NCBI GenBank assembly: GCA_016748015.1
Contig: JAAOMT010000557.1
Location: 62,001-126,000 of the forward strand
From: Geosiphon pyriformis uo1
Lineage: Eukaryota > Fungi > Glomeromycota
Length of the DNA stretch: 64,000 nt
Direction: 5' to 3'
Under the pieces are notes generated by a model. That model was given only the letters and a program-made list of their open reading frames with translations, was not told the origin of the DNA and searched no databases. The position numbers and the translations under genes were made by a program. Positions 51,939 to 64,000 of the stretch are shown here, piece after piece. Every line of letters begins with the position of its first letter. Position 1 is the first letter of the stretch.

Positions 51939-54410
51939 TTACTCGTCTTCAGGCTCTTTGCCACGTGACATGGTAGTGCTATTGCCAGAAGCCGCGACTG
52001 TGTGCAATGTATTAGAATCAATAGAAATTTCACAACCACCACCAAGTAGCACCTCGTTCACGGTAGTTGTCGATGAATTTATGTTTCCAATACTAATACT
52101 TCGGTGCCAACACCAAATTTTTGAATCGTCAGAAACCCCCACCATCCATGCACCATCCTTAGAAAAAGCAATTTGTCGAATAACACTGCTATTTTTTTCG
52201 ACCTCAAGCATTCGCATAACCGTATGGTTTTGTCCATCTACCTCTTGCTTCCTAAGGCGTTTGCTGCTAGAATTATTTGTAATTACTCCGCCTTGATTGC
52301 TAGTGTCTTTCCGTCTATTGTTGGGAGTGATGATATTTACAGTCCCTTTACCCTTATTTCCTGCGTTGCCTCTCCCCTTGGGATTTGGAGTTAGGTCGAC
52401 AATTTTCTCCGAGGTAGTAGAAAGCTTTGTGGCACGTTGTTCGGAGACCTTTGTTACACTACTAGAGTTAAAATTAGCGAGAAAATCATCAAGTTTTTCA
52501 TCCTGTTCTTCTATCTCTTCTTTTAATTGGAGTGATTTGACAGAGGAAGAATCTGAGGTTGTTGAAGTTTTTTTCAGAGCTCCAGGACCTTTACTATTCT
52601 GAGTAAGGGAACTCTGCTGGGGCGAACTCGATGTTTTGGTTATGCCAGTATGAGCTATTTTTTTCTTCTCGTTTATATACTGTTCAATATAATGCGATAT
52701 GGCATTCTTAAGATCCCAAATATAGATTTTTCCTATCTGATTACCAGTTGCCAAAAAAAGATGATCAGGTGATAGACCAAACCGAAGAAACCAAATATTA
52801 CAATTGAGAAAGGGGAATTCGCATATTATGTCAAAATTTGCGGGTCGCTATTAAAATTCAAAAAAGCCATTAAATTATAGGTTGTGACTAAATTAAATAA
52901 GCATATTGCGCACCTTTGAATCAATGGCTGGACCTCCAACAACTGAGCCTTTTTCTGAAATTGGTTGCAGCACATTATCGTCTTCTACTAAATTCACACC
53001 AAGAGCTTTCCATAAGATTATCCTTGTTTCGGTGGCACATCTCGATAAAAGTAAATCCCCGTACCATCGGACACAGTCTACGTAGTTATTATGTAATCCG
53101 GTAGTAGAAAAGAGTGGAAAATGAACAAAAACCGGTAATCGACTAGCCGGGTTATTTTCGGGAATTGCACCTGCACAAATACATGATTGGACTTGATGCT
53201 TGAATATTGAGCGTGAAGGCGACGATACATTTACATTAGTTGATGACTTCGTGACGAAGGATACTTCTATGGCGCGCCTCATGGGAGGGCTGCAAAGTGA
53301 CCATATTTTTGCAGCGTGATCCATTCCACCAGAAGCAATGTAGTCACCTGATAAATGAAAATCCTAATAAAATTGAGAACATAAAATATTATGAATTCAC
53401 GCAGTCTTTATATCAAATTAAAAATTAGAAAAAGATATAGCCCTTACAATGCTTAGAACGGGTTCTCGATGGCCGTATTCACCACCAAAGACGGCAATAA
53501 CCCGTGCTGTTTCTACATTCCATAATCTGATGGAGAAATCCTTACTGGCTGAGAGCAGGAGAGATGGCGACTTGGGATGAAATTTGAGATCATTAATTTC
53601 CTAAATTAAGAATTTGAGCAAATTGGACTTGATCGTTAATTTAGCCGTGAACTTGATTGCAATATTGGGGAATTTAGTAAATTTGAAATAATTGTGAACT
53701 TACATCTCCATGCCCAGCAAGTACCTTGTTATGATAATATTGATTATTGGAAAAGCTTGATAAAATACTCAATTTGAAACAAAACTGGATGGTTTAAATA
53801 GATACCTTGATTATAGCTCTACTACTTGTATCCAGAATTTTGACTAGTCCACTAGCACCAGCAGCTGCTAGCCATGGGGCTCCAGTTGTTGGTTTGAAAG
53901 ACCAAGCGCAGCAATAAAAATTTTCTTGAACCTTTCCAATATTCAGATAGTAATGGTAAATGAGAAAGAGGATCGTAAAGAGAACAGTTTCCTTACATGT
54001 TCATCCTCGTATAGTTGTAATATTTTGGCACCTTCGGTTCGAGAGATTCCCGGTGATGGATGACGCAAAGAAAAAATAATTATCTATTTATTAAAAGTTC
54101 GTGGAAATCAAAAGAAAAGTTCCAATTTCAAAAAAGAATAGTAATATAAATGAAGTGTAGGAAAAGGAAGATCACTTTAAACGACTTGGGTCAAACCTTC
54201 CTGCCCCCGACAGCGGCAAAGACAGTATCATCGCGTGGATTTTGTGGATTGAAGGCAATTCCGTAGAAAGGAGCTTTTGAAGTGGACTCCTTTATTATTT
54301 GAAATTAGTGTTCACAAATAATTTTGGAAATTTAAAGAAAATAACCTCTTGCTTCTGTTTTGGGTTACCGCTATTATATGCCGAATGGCAAAGTCTTTTA
54401 AATAATTCAT
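51939..54410 (-). CDS. EED: Polycomb PRC2 WD40 subunit EED/ESC, multi-exon
   Basis: [40 protein letters not shown]|[111 protein letters not shown]: the EED/ESC/FIE motif series. Confidence 0.92.
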
Positions 54411-54981
54411 AAATAATTCTGGGCTTAAACAGAAAGTTGATAAGAGGCACTCTGTTTCAGTCTTATCATTCAGTGAAAAATTGACGCGTTTTATGAAATC
54501 TATTATACATCAGAAAAAAAAATACACATTAGGTATTTTAAATTTTAGTAACCCTTAATTAATTACTTTTAATCTCAAGCATTATTAAAAAATTAGATTT
54601 TTCAGAAAACGATTTTCTAAAGTAATAATAAAATAATTTTGCACTAATCACTAAAAAATATAAAATTTTATTAAATTTACATGTCATATTAAATATATTA
54701 AATATTATAAAATTAATTATTTCAAATGCTTTTACAATTCAAATAATTAATTTATACTAATTTAATTTAAGATTACAATCATATGTTAGTTATTTTTTAA
54801 ATATAAATATTAAATATAAATGTTTAACACAAATTTTTTAATTTAAACCTATATATATTATAATCTAATATTAAGATACCACTTTTCTTTAAATTTATTA
54901 ACTTGCACTTTGAATATAAAATGGTGAAAGAACAAAATTTTCAGGATGAATAAAGAGGAATTACGATTCCTATTTTGTATT

Positions 54982-57025
54982 TTATAAACCACCGAAATTA
55001 ATATACTTGATATTTAAGAATTCATCGATGCCATACTTTGAGCCTTCACGCCCGAGACCGGAATGTTTGATCTGTTAATGATAGACAAAAACAACATTTC
55101 AAAAAAGAAATGTACCACAAAAGTTATGAATCGATATTTTCTAAACATAAAGAGACCTTTTATCTAATAAATTCATTTTTAAATAAATCACTTACCCCGC
55201 CAAACGGCGCTTCGCAGGCACTGACTAATCCACAATTAATACCAACCATTCCAACTTCTAGCGCTTCAGCAACACGCCAACAACGCCCGACATCACGACT
55301 ATAGAAATAACCGGCCAGCCCACTTTCAGTTGAATTAGCCATTTCAATCACTTCCTCTTCAGTGTCAAATTTATATAGACCAGCGATAGGACCAAAAGTC
55401 TCTTCTTCATCAATGAGCATTCCCGGTTTAATACCGGTAATCACTGTAGGATCGAAAAAGTTTCCACCTTGATAAGTGCCACCCACTAGTATTTCGGCAC
55501 CTTTTGAGATTGCATCTTCAACATGCCGCAAACATTTCTCAATTGCCTTATGGTTGATTAGAGGCCCATGAGTGGTCTCTGGATTGAGGCCATCCCCTAC
55601 GCGAAAGCCAGCAACTCTTTGTGCTAGTCTGGAAGCGAACTCAGCGTGAATGGAGGATTGGATAAAAATGCGATTGGGGGACACACATGTTTGACCGGTG
55701 CTGCGGAATTTTGAAGTAATGGCACCTGTTTTCAACAAAAGTTTTTTAAAATCTAAAAATACCTTGGGAAATTTCTAAAATAGAAAACTTTATTCTACCA
55801 ACCTTCAACCGCAGATTCCAGATCTGCATCATCAAAGACAATGAATGGGGCGTTACCTCCTAATTCTAATGTTATCTTTTTTAATGTGCTGGAACTTTGT
55901 TGCATCAATAATCGTCCAACTTGGGTCTATTGGCCAATTAATCAAAATAATTAATCCAAAATCAATAATAATCCTGATTAATAATTTTAATACTAACAGA
56001 GCCAGTGAAGGTAATTTTTTTAACGTTGGGATTTGTGGTTAATTCTAACCCAACATTCTTTTGATTCTCATGAGTCGTCACAACATTTATTACTCCTTTT
56101 GGTATTCCTGCTCTGTTGGCCAACTCAACAATAGCCAATGCTGAAAATGGGGTTTCCGGGGCAGGTTTAATAACGACTGTACAGCCAGCGGCTATAGCCG
56201 CTCCAATTTTACGAGTGATCATAGCATTTGGGAAATTCCATGGAGTAATTATACCCACTACACCAACAGCTTGTTTTTGCACAACAAATCGCTGATTCTT
56301 GATAGGCGCAGGTATAATATCTCCATATGTTCGCCTTGCCTCTTCAGCAAACCATTCAATGAAACTCGCGCCGTATTTTATCTCACCAAGAGATTCAGAC
56401 AAGGGTTTACCATTCTCTAAAGTTAAAATTAAGGCGAGATCTTTTTGATGCTCCATCATAAGTGAATACCAAGTCATGAGTAGATCATGTCTGTACTGCT
56501 CCAAAGATGATAGTGGAATGAAATTACGTTCAGACGCGTTTCAATAGTCCAAACGGAGAAGTACCTTCGCAGTTTGACCTGCCCATCCCTTAAAGGCCTC
56601 TCTTGCAACCTTAATAGCTATCTGAGTGTCCTCTACATCCATCTCTGGTGCTTGCCCAATCTCCTTGTCCGTGGCTGGGTCTAACAAATTTCATTCCCTT
56701 TAGTAAGAATGTTAAATTAAATAAGGGCAGCAACGTACCGAAAACTAAAAAGGTTTTCCCTGAAATCGATTTAACCCAGTTGCCATTAAGGAAAGCTGAT
56801 TGGCGAAACAGCAAGGGGTCTTTAAGCTGTTCAAGTTGATCTTGTTAAAAAGGGTAATTTACGACCAAGCAAAAATGTATTGGGTCGCCTGACCTGGGGT
56901 ATCCCGGCCCTAGTGTTAATATGTCTGCTCATTGATAATTTTGGAAAATCAATCTGAAAAGATTTTGCAAAAAGTCTTTTTGGACATAATATGTGTGAGA
57001 AGCAGGTTAAGACTCTTAAACCCAT
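54982..57025 (-). CDS. UGA2: Succinate-semialdehyde dehydrogenase (ALDH5/GabD-like), mitochondrial, multi-exon
   Basis: [93 protein letters not shown]. Confidence 0.9.
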
Positions 57026-57634
57026 TTTTATAAGTTTAAAGCTAGGATATGACGATTAGATTTCTTATAAAAAAAGGGTTCAGCTGATTATCTTTTCCGG
57101 TAAATATTGAGGCCACATGACAATTGAATTTTGATCATTGTACTCCTCGAAGTAAAAGAGAGTAAGGTTAATCCAGAATAAACCTGGGCATTCAAAAATT
57201 ACATCTTTGTTAGAGCAAAGCCGAAAGTATGGATACTTTGAAGCAAAATGTGCAAAACAAAGGGAGTGAGTAAAATCTTCAAGATGTGATGTTAGCACCG
57301 ACATAAACAGGGCAAAGGGAATGCGTAAAAATGTCAGATATAAAAACAAGAGCAATGCTCACATCGAAGGCATATGGGTAACACTGCAAGCTTGAGCAAG
57401 CAAACTTGCGGGTTAATAAAAAGCGATTTTCAGTAGAATAGAGAAATCTAGTAAACAAAGCAATAGATGAAATTTTAAATAAATTCAATCACATTCCTGC
57501 AACAATAATACATTTAAACATATTTTGTTTTAAATAAAATGTTGCATTTGGTCATCCATTATACTTTATGCCTATTTTGGTTATATATTTATTTTTCAAC
57601 TTATTATAATCAGTGAACAATATTTTCACACAAA

Positions 57635-59438
57635 ATGCCTTTACCGAAAGGAAAGCTAGAAATTTCCGGCGGTGAGTCGAGAACAAAGGTTATCCAGGTG
57701 AATCTCACCGAAGAAGTCTTACGCATCTTACATCATAAGGAAACACAGGGACAGAACTTATCTCTGCGTTATGATCCAAAGAAACAAGGAGTTTTGGTAA
57801 AAGTGTTCCCAGACTTTTGTTTAACTTAAGGTTATTTTTTTGTCATTTTAAACAGAATTTGCTTCATATAGACCATTCGTGCAGGTAATGAGTCGTTTGA
57901 TTGCGTACCGAACGCAAAACCCGTGGAAATCAGCAAGGTTTATTTTCACCAGTCTTCTCCTGAGCTTAAATTCGTGGGTGATGTAACCAGTGAAGCTACC
58001 CTAAAGACCTTGCAGGACGATATCAAATTTCAAAACCTCCGGGGGAAAATAAAAGCTAGCACTAGAGCCGCTGAGCAGCAAAAACAAGCTCGAAAGTAAA
58101 CCATTTTTTATATGAATTGCATTGTGAGATGTCAATTGTGATTATAACCCATTTTCAATCGAACAGAATCGTCTTGTTGGATGATAAAGCAAAACCCAAA
58201 AACAATCCGAGCCAATCAATTTCATCTCGAGCCACTGCAACACGCCCCTCGAAATCCTCCTCGACTCCAAGTAAATCTTCGACAACAGAAAAGCGGACCG
58301 TTGAATCTCGACAAGCTTCACAGAAAACTCCACCTGAGAAATCTAAGGGAGTACCTCTTCGTCAGAGGCTCATTCAACTCTTGGCCTTAAAAGAATTACC
58401 ATTGAATGAAATTGTACAAAAAACGCGATCAAACAAAGAGCAAGCTGTAAAGCTCCTACAATCGGTAAACAATGTACTACAGGCTTTACATATATATTCA
58501 TTTCACTAAATTGAACGTCTTTATAGATTGCTGTTAATTCTCGCGATGTTTGGAAGTTGAAAAACGAAGCTTACAAGGAGGTGAAAATATATGAATGGCC
58601 CCAATATTTGACTCGAGAGATCATGATTGTAGTGGATAAAGCTACAAAAGCATTCAATTCGTTAAAATTACCCAAAGATGCTCCTGAATGGCGTAACTTA
58701 CGCCCTGCGGTTGAAAATGGCCTCAAAAGGGAAGCACCTGCGAGTACAAGCACGATATCTAACTCGAAAGTGGTAACAGTGTCTACATCAGAACACCCTG
58801 AAGCACCTTCTACCAAACGACGTAAGGTTCAGAGTCATCCTCAAAAACAGCCTGTTGCTGCCCCAAATTTAAAGGCTCCCGCTGCTAAAAGGACTCTCAA
58901 AAAAACCGGACAACCAGTCAAAAACATCAAAGTAGTCACCCCATCCCCTTCTCCTGCCCCTCAACCATCCCAAACTAATGCTGACGAAATGCAAGATGTG
59001 ATAGCCTCTTCCCCTAGTGGTTCTTCTATCACAAACGCAAGTGTTGGTGGAAAATCTGGTTCGCCATCTTCCACTTCCACTTCCACCTCAATTACAATCA
59101 CTAAAAATCCTCCCAAGGAGCAATTTCATGTACCGCGCGTTAATACCCTTAAACTTTTTAATGAGCAGACTCGAATTTTTAAAGAAAAATACAAGCGCTA
59201 CAGTGAATTATTTAGTGAAATACAAAAGAAAGGCAAGGATTTGACAGCAGCAATGGCACAAACCGAAAAAGCTGATATCGCTCAGCAGATTCGGGATGAA
59301 TTTGGAGCAAATGGAGTCGTCAACCACATAGTGCACGAGTATACTGAAATCAAAGAACAACTGACTGCGATCAAACAAGAATTATGGCGTGCATCAAAGG
59401 ATGAGGTTTTTGGTGAAGATGAAGATGAGGAAATTTGA
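57635..59438 (+). CDS. RNA polymerase II elongation factor ELL-like protein, 4 exons
   Basis: PLRQRLIQLLALK...WKLKNEAYKEVKIYEWPQY resembles the ELL middle domain; C-terminal VNTLKLFNEQTRIFKEKYKRYSELFSEI...YTEIKEQLTAIKQEL resembles the occludin/ELL domain; S/P-rich linker between them. Confidence 0.7.
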
Positions 59439-59640
59439 TGAAGTAACTGAATTTTTAACGCGATAGATCATATTTGTATATTATAATTAAAATCAAAAAG
59501 TATTTCAAAAATAGTGCATTAATAAAAGGGAACATTTAAAATTTTTCTTGGGTTACATGTAATCATTATGTTCGGTGGTTTCCATCAATCAATTACAATA
59601 AATTGATTTACTTTTTTTGTGTTTATATAGATGTTATAGG

Positions 59641-61862
59641 TTAAACTGATCGATTTCGCTCATATTGATTGTAGGCTTGAGAATGAGCCTGGAGTTCAGG
59701 TGGCAGTCCCTGTGTGGGTAAAGGGGGAGGTCCCTACATTTTGAGTCAGAAGAATTAGTCACTTTTATCTAAAAGTATTTCTTGAAACTTTAATCATCTA
59801 CCTGTGTTATCAGCTGCCAAATCGTTGTTTTGCTTTCCTTTAGTTGCTTTTCAAAAAATTCTTGCTCTTGTTTCAATAATTTTTGGAGCTCTGGAGCCTG
59901 CTCTTTTAGCTTTTTATAATTTTCCATGAATTCTCTGCGGAGGTCTTGGCGAGTCAACTCAAATTGTTGATGAGGTGTATATTGTTCTTGCTATTTATGA
60001 AAAATATTGACACCCAATAACGAAACTGTGCAATTGTTAAGCTTAAAAATTATTCAATAAACTTACCATCTGACTGCCCAAACCACCTCCGAGCCAACTT
60101 GCCAATCCCTTTTTTGATTGTTTGGTTTCTTCCCATCTCACTCGACTTTGCTCCTTGCATTCTTTTTCCCACTTTGCATAAGCTTCTGGTATGGGTTTCC
60201 CTTGATATTGGGTCAGTATAGGACGAACATCTTTCATATCAGCCAAATAGAAATTCAAATAGATATCTAAATAGACATTAAAGTTTTAGAAAACCTTGTA
60301 AAATATAACCATGAAAAATTCGATTCTTACTCACGTTCCAGAAATGGTATGATATCAATCAAGAATGTGTCTGAAGAGTCCCCCTTCCATGGAGGAACAG
60401 CTATGGCGTTGTCAGGTTGTAATGCATAAGCTTCAGGATTTGAATCCATAACGATTACTTTGGAGAGATCACGGTTTAACTTTGATAGATCCTAAAAATT
60501 TATTGGTTCTCTTTTTAATTTACAAGTCTGCAAAGTAAATTTTGATCAAGAAAATTTTTTTTGATAAAGTATCAACACCTTCACATGCTTGCCTTCAACA
60601 TATCTTGTAGCCTCTCTAAAAAGTTTGAAAGGTACAAGTTGAAGTGGATCTAGTTTGTTGACCACTTGTTCGGCAATCTACATGAATGAATTCAAACGAA
60701 TCTTGAGGTTAATAAGAGTTAATATACCTTATATGATAGAAAAACTGATTAAATCCAAACCTACATATTGTGGCTGAGATGTGAAAATAACCTCCTCAAA
60801 CAAACTGGACATGTAGGCCAAGAAGTAATCAACGCCTGGTCGTTTAGCTGTCCGCCAACCATGTTCTCTCTAAAGTAATCATGGTCACGTTTACTTAATC
60901 CTGATTTTTGACTCATTAGATTTTCCTTCACAACAACAATTACTTACATCCCAAGTGGAATATATTAAAGTCTCATCAAGATTGATCACAAGAGTGAGTG
61001 CTGGGTAATTTGGTAATAATTCTTTATCCGGTAAAAGTTTATCAGAAGGAGGCTCGGTGAAGAACTTGAATTGAAATTGGTTTACTAAGTTAATAATGTG
61101 TCATAAAGTGGTTAAAACCAGAAAAAGCGAGGGGTTCATTTATTTTCTCACTTGAGAGAAATCCTTTGAGCGTGCCCCGAAACGTTGTAACCACGCGTTT
61201 AGTGGCTTCAGATCTTTGTACTATGACAAATTTGAAAGTAAATTTTCTTTGGTGTTGAAAACGAATAAAGTCAGAAAAAGAAAAAAAAAGTGTTCAAATT
61301 GCGGTTATGTTTACCTGATTTTCTCTATCATTATCAAAAGGTCGTCCTAAAAAAAGGGGGTGATGATATACAGCCATTGAACAAGAACATATTGCATCTG
61401 GAGAATTGGATCGAACATCTCAAAAATACCCGAATAAACAATCCCTCCAATTGATGAGCCCATTAAAAGAATTGAGAGTCCTTTGATAAAAAGTTTGAAT
61501 CCTGGACTCATATTGTCGGTTTTTGCCATGCCACGGGAAGCTTTCAGCTTTTTTGGAGATTTAGAAGGCTGTATTGAGTTTGAAGGTACGGCCAAAGCAT
61601 TTGGTGAGCTTTGGCCCTGGGGATTTTTAGTTTCGCTTTCAATCGGCCTCGGTTGTTCGGCTGTGTATAGACGAAGATCATGTTTTAAGATTGGTTTTTG
61701 GATGAGAAATACTTTAAGATGTTCTCGTTGAAAAAGGGTTAAAACAGTATAATTCTGTTTTTGAATATTCACACACAAAAGTTTATTTACGGAGACTCGT
61801 GGAGTTTTTGGAAGACCCACGAACAAGGCAGTAGTTAGCCGAGTTGCCAAGGTAATTGCCAT
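59641..61862 (-). CDS. TIM50: Mitochondrial import inner membrane translocase subunit Tim50, multi-exon
   Basis: Presequence plus TM; [62 protein letters not shown]|[36 protein letters not shown]. Confidence 0.93.
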
Positions 61863-62062
61863 GAGTGGTTTAATATAAGCAATTAAGAATAAGAAGTTGA
61901 GTTAAACATTTCTCTAAAATAAAATTTTTCGTTTCAATTCTTATTTTGGAAAATCAATGGGAAAATCATGATTGTATAAGCCGTAATCGGGTTAGATTGT
62001 GACTCAAAATTTTTTTTTTGAAATTTACTATTTTTGGATGGTAAAGCTTTTATTACATTTTT

Positions 62063-63143
62063 TTACTTCATCAAACCTCGGTAAATCACCATCCCCTCTT
62101 TCCAAAATCCATTTTCCCAATCTAATTCATCTCTTGGAACAGTTTTAATATTCCATCCACGATTAGTGAGCTCATCAAACAAAATTCTATCCGACCTTTT
62201 AGTACGCGTTTGATGAGCAAGAAGAAGACATGTATGGGCACGAGTGGAAAGAGCTTTTTAAAACAGATTAAAAATAAGTTTTAAATTTTGACAGAAAGTG
62301 ATAAAAAAGTTTCGAGTTCAATTTTCTTTTCGTTGAATTATTACCATTAATTGTTTCAATTAATGGTTCAATTAAGTAGTCAACCCAGACTACATCAGCC
62401 GCCAAAATGTAATCAAAAGGTCCATTTTTTGGATTAATTATCTGCTTTAGATATTGATCTCTAAATTTTCAAATTTTAGGAAAATTGGTTTATGACGTAA
62501 ATACAATTAATGAAGTACTCACCTGTCTTCCCAATCCAATGCATTGACCTGAACATTTTTTTCAAGCTGATTTAGTCTTAAAATCCTTTCTATTGATGGT
62601 ACAACACTTGGTGCATCGGTTATCATAACGCTACTGGCTCCAAGAATTGAAGCAGTGATCGATGGAATAGATTTTCCAGCACCCTATTTATTCAAAACAG
62701 GTTGGATTGTATAAGATTTAAAAAATTTTTTTTTGTGGAAAGATAATCTTGAGATTATTTTTTACCAATTCAATAATCTTTTTGTTTTTAATAAAACTAT
62801 TTTTTTCGAATTGTTTTTCAATATATTTAGCAAGTATCAAACCCTATTTCATTTAATATTATAACCCCAAATTTCAATGAAATTTTTCCTGTACAAATTT
62901 AGTGAAAATATAATTTTATACCCCATCCCACAAGCTACCAGCTGTCTGAATGGTATGACTTTCGTTACTAAAATCTTTTATATCATCTAAGATTTCATTC
63001 GAGGACTTTAGATAAATAATTTGATTTTTAATAACAAATCTATTTAATGTTGAAGAAGAGACATTGAAGTCGAAGGCAGGAAATTTAGGTCCTTCGAGTA
63101 ATAAGTTGGCTTTGAAATTTCCAAGATTTAACCGTTCTACCAT
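62063..63143 (-). CDS. METTL21/EFM-type protein-lysine methyltransferase (Methyltransf_16), multi-exon
   Basis: TAGSLWDG, GLILAKYIE, KRLLEL|GAGKSIPS, VMITD, VNALDWE, FDYILAADVVW, LLAHQTR. Confidence 0.8.
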
Positions 63144-64000
63144 AGTTAAGATGAACTAAATCATTATTACAATATCATAAATTTAACCTTGATATTTCAG
63201 CTGGAACATTATTCTTTTACTTATTGCGTAAGTGACTAAATCATATTTTTACCCTAATGATTACGTAAACTCTTGCGTGTATTAGGTGAATATGAGCATT
63301 TTTGAATCTTGCAATCAATTAAAAAAATTTAATTTATGAAAAAAAGTTGTTTTATTAATACAAAACCTATTGCCAGAGTATGTAGTAAGGGAATTTCTCA
63401 AAAAAAATCCAGCCAATTTATTTTATTCATCTACTTATTTATGTATTAATATTTTCTTTTTTTCTGAATATATTAAAAACTTTTTTATCAATACATTAAT
63501 TTGATTAATACAAAGAAATAACAATACAAACTATTTATTTTTGAGATTAATTTTTTGTTTAATTTTAATTTAAAATGGATTTTTTAATTTTTTATTAATT
63601 GTGTAAAAATAATTTATTTAACAAACATAATATAATATTTGAAAATTTGTAATAAATTATAAAATAAAAAAATTTAATATTAATCTAATATTAATAAATA
63701 ATAATGTAAATTTCATGTTAATACTATTAATATTTTTATTACAATTTTTAAAAGTAATATAAATTTTAAATATTTTTATTAATTATTTATTTGATTTTTA
63801 TTTGATTAAAATACTTTATTTAAATTTTATAATTATATTGTTATTATTTTTTATTAATATATTTAAAAAAATATAAAAAAAATATAAAATAATTTTAAAT
63901 ACTCAATTTTCAAAAAATTAAATATAATAATAATTGTTATAATATAAAAATATCTTATTATATAATTTACACAATAAATTATAAACTAACAGTTTTTATT

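Noticed and set aside
63300-64000. Extremely AT-rich tract (also ~12060-12470, 51150-51660, 54520-54900) as centromere, origin or organellar insert
   Set aside because: No repeat unit, gene remnant or other diagnostic feature visible; similar tracts occur between several genes here.

Overview
AT-rich, intron-rich fungal DNA. Gene set, intron style and TE content suggest an early-diverging fungus, probably Glomeromycotina (inference). Two gene blocks flank a ~34 kb nested transposon island (~17.4-51.2 kb). Left block: APSES/KilA-N transcription factor, LETM1-family protein, FUSC/ArAE-type membrane transporter, GT61 glycosyltransferase, homoisocitrate dehydrogenase (LYS12). Right block: PRC2 subunit EED/ESC, succinate-semialdehyde dehydrogenase, ELL-type elongation factor, TIM50, METTL21-type methyltransferase. 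The island resolves with target-site duplications: a young 10.2 kb Ty3/Gypsy element (28758-38922) sits inside a full-length RNase H-containing LINE (27825-44791), which sits inside an older Gypsy copy that also carries two solo LTRs. The best candidate for an undescribed system is the Gypsy lineage itself. One frameshift-free ORF appears to start in the LTR, cross the PBS and run as Met-free extension-Gag-protease-Cys-rich domain-dUTPase-RT-RNase H. It ends at a stop codon conserved in three copies. Integrase, plus a ~230 aa unknown C-terminal domain, is encoded as a separate ORF. All repeats have decayed almost solely by C>T/G>A transitions in CpG and non-CpG contexts (RIP-like). All alignments were made by eye and no database searches were run.
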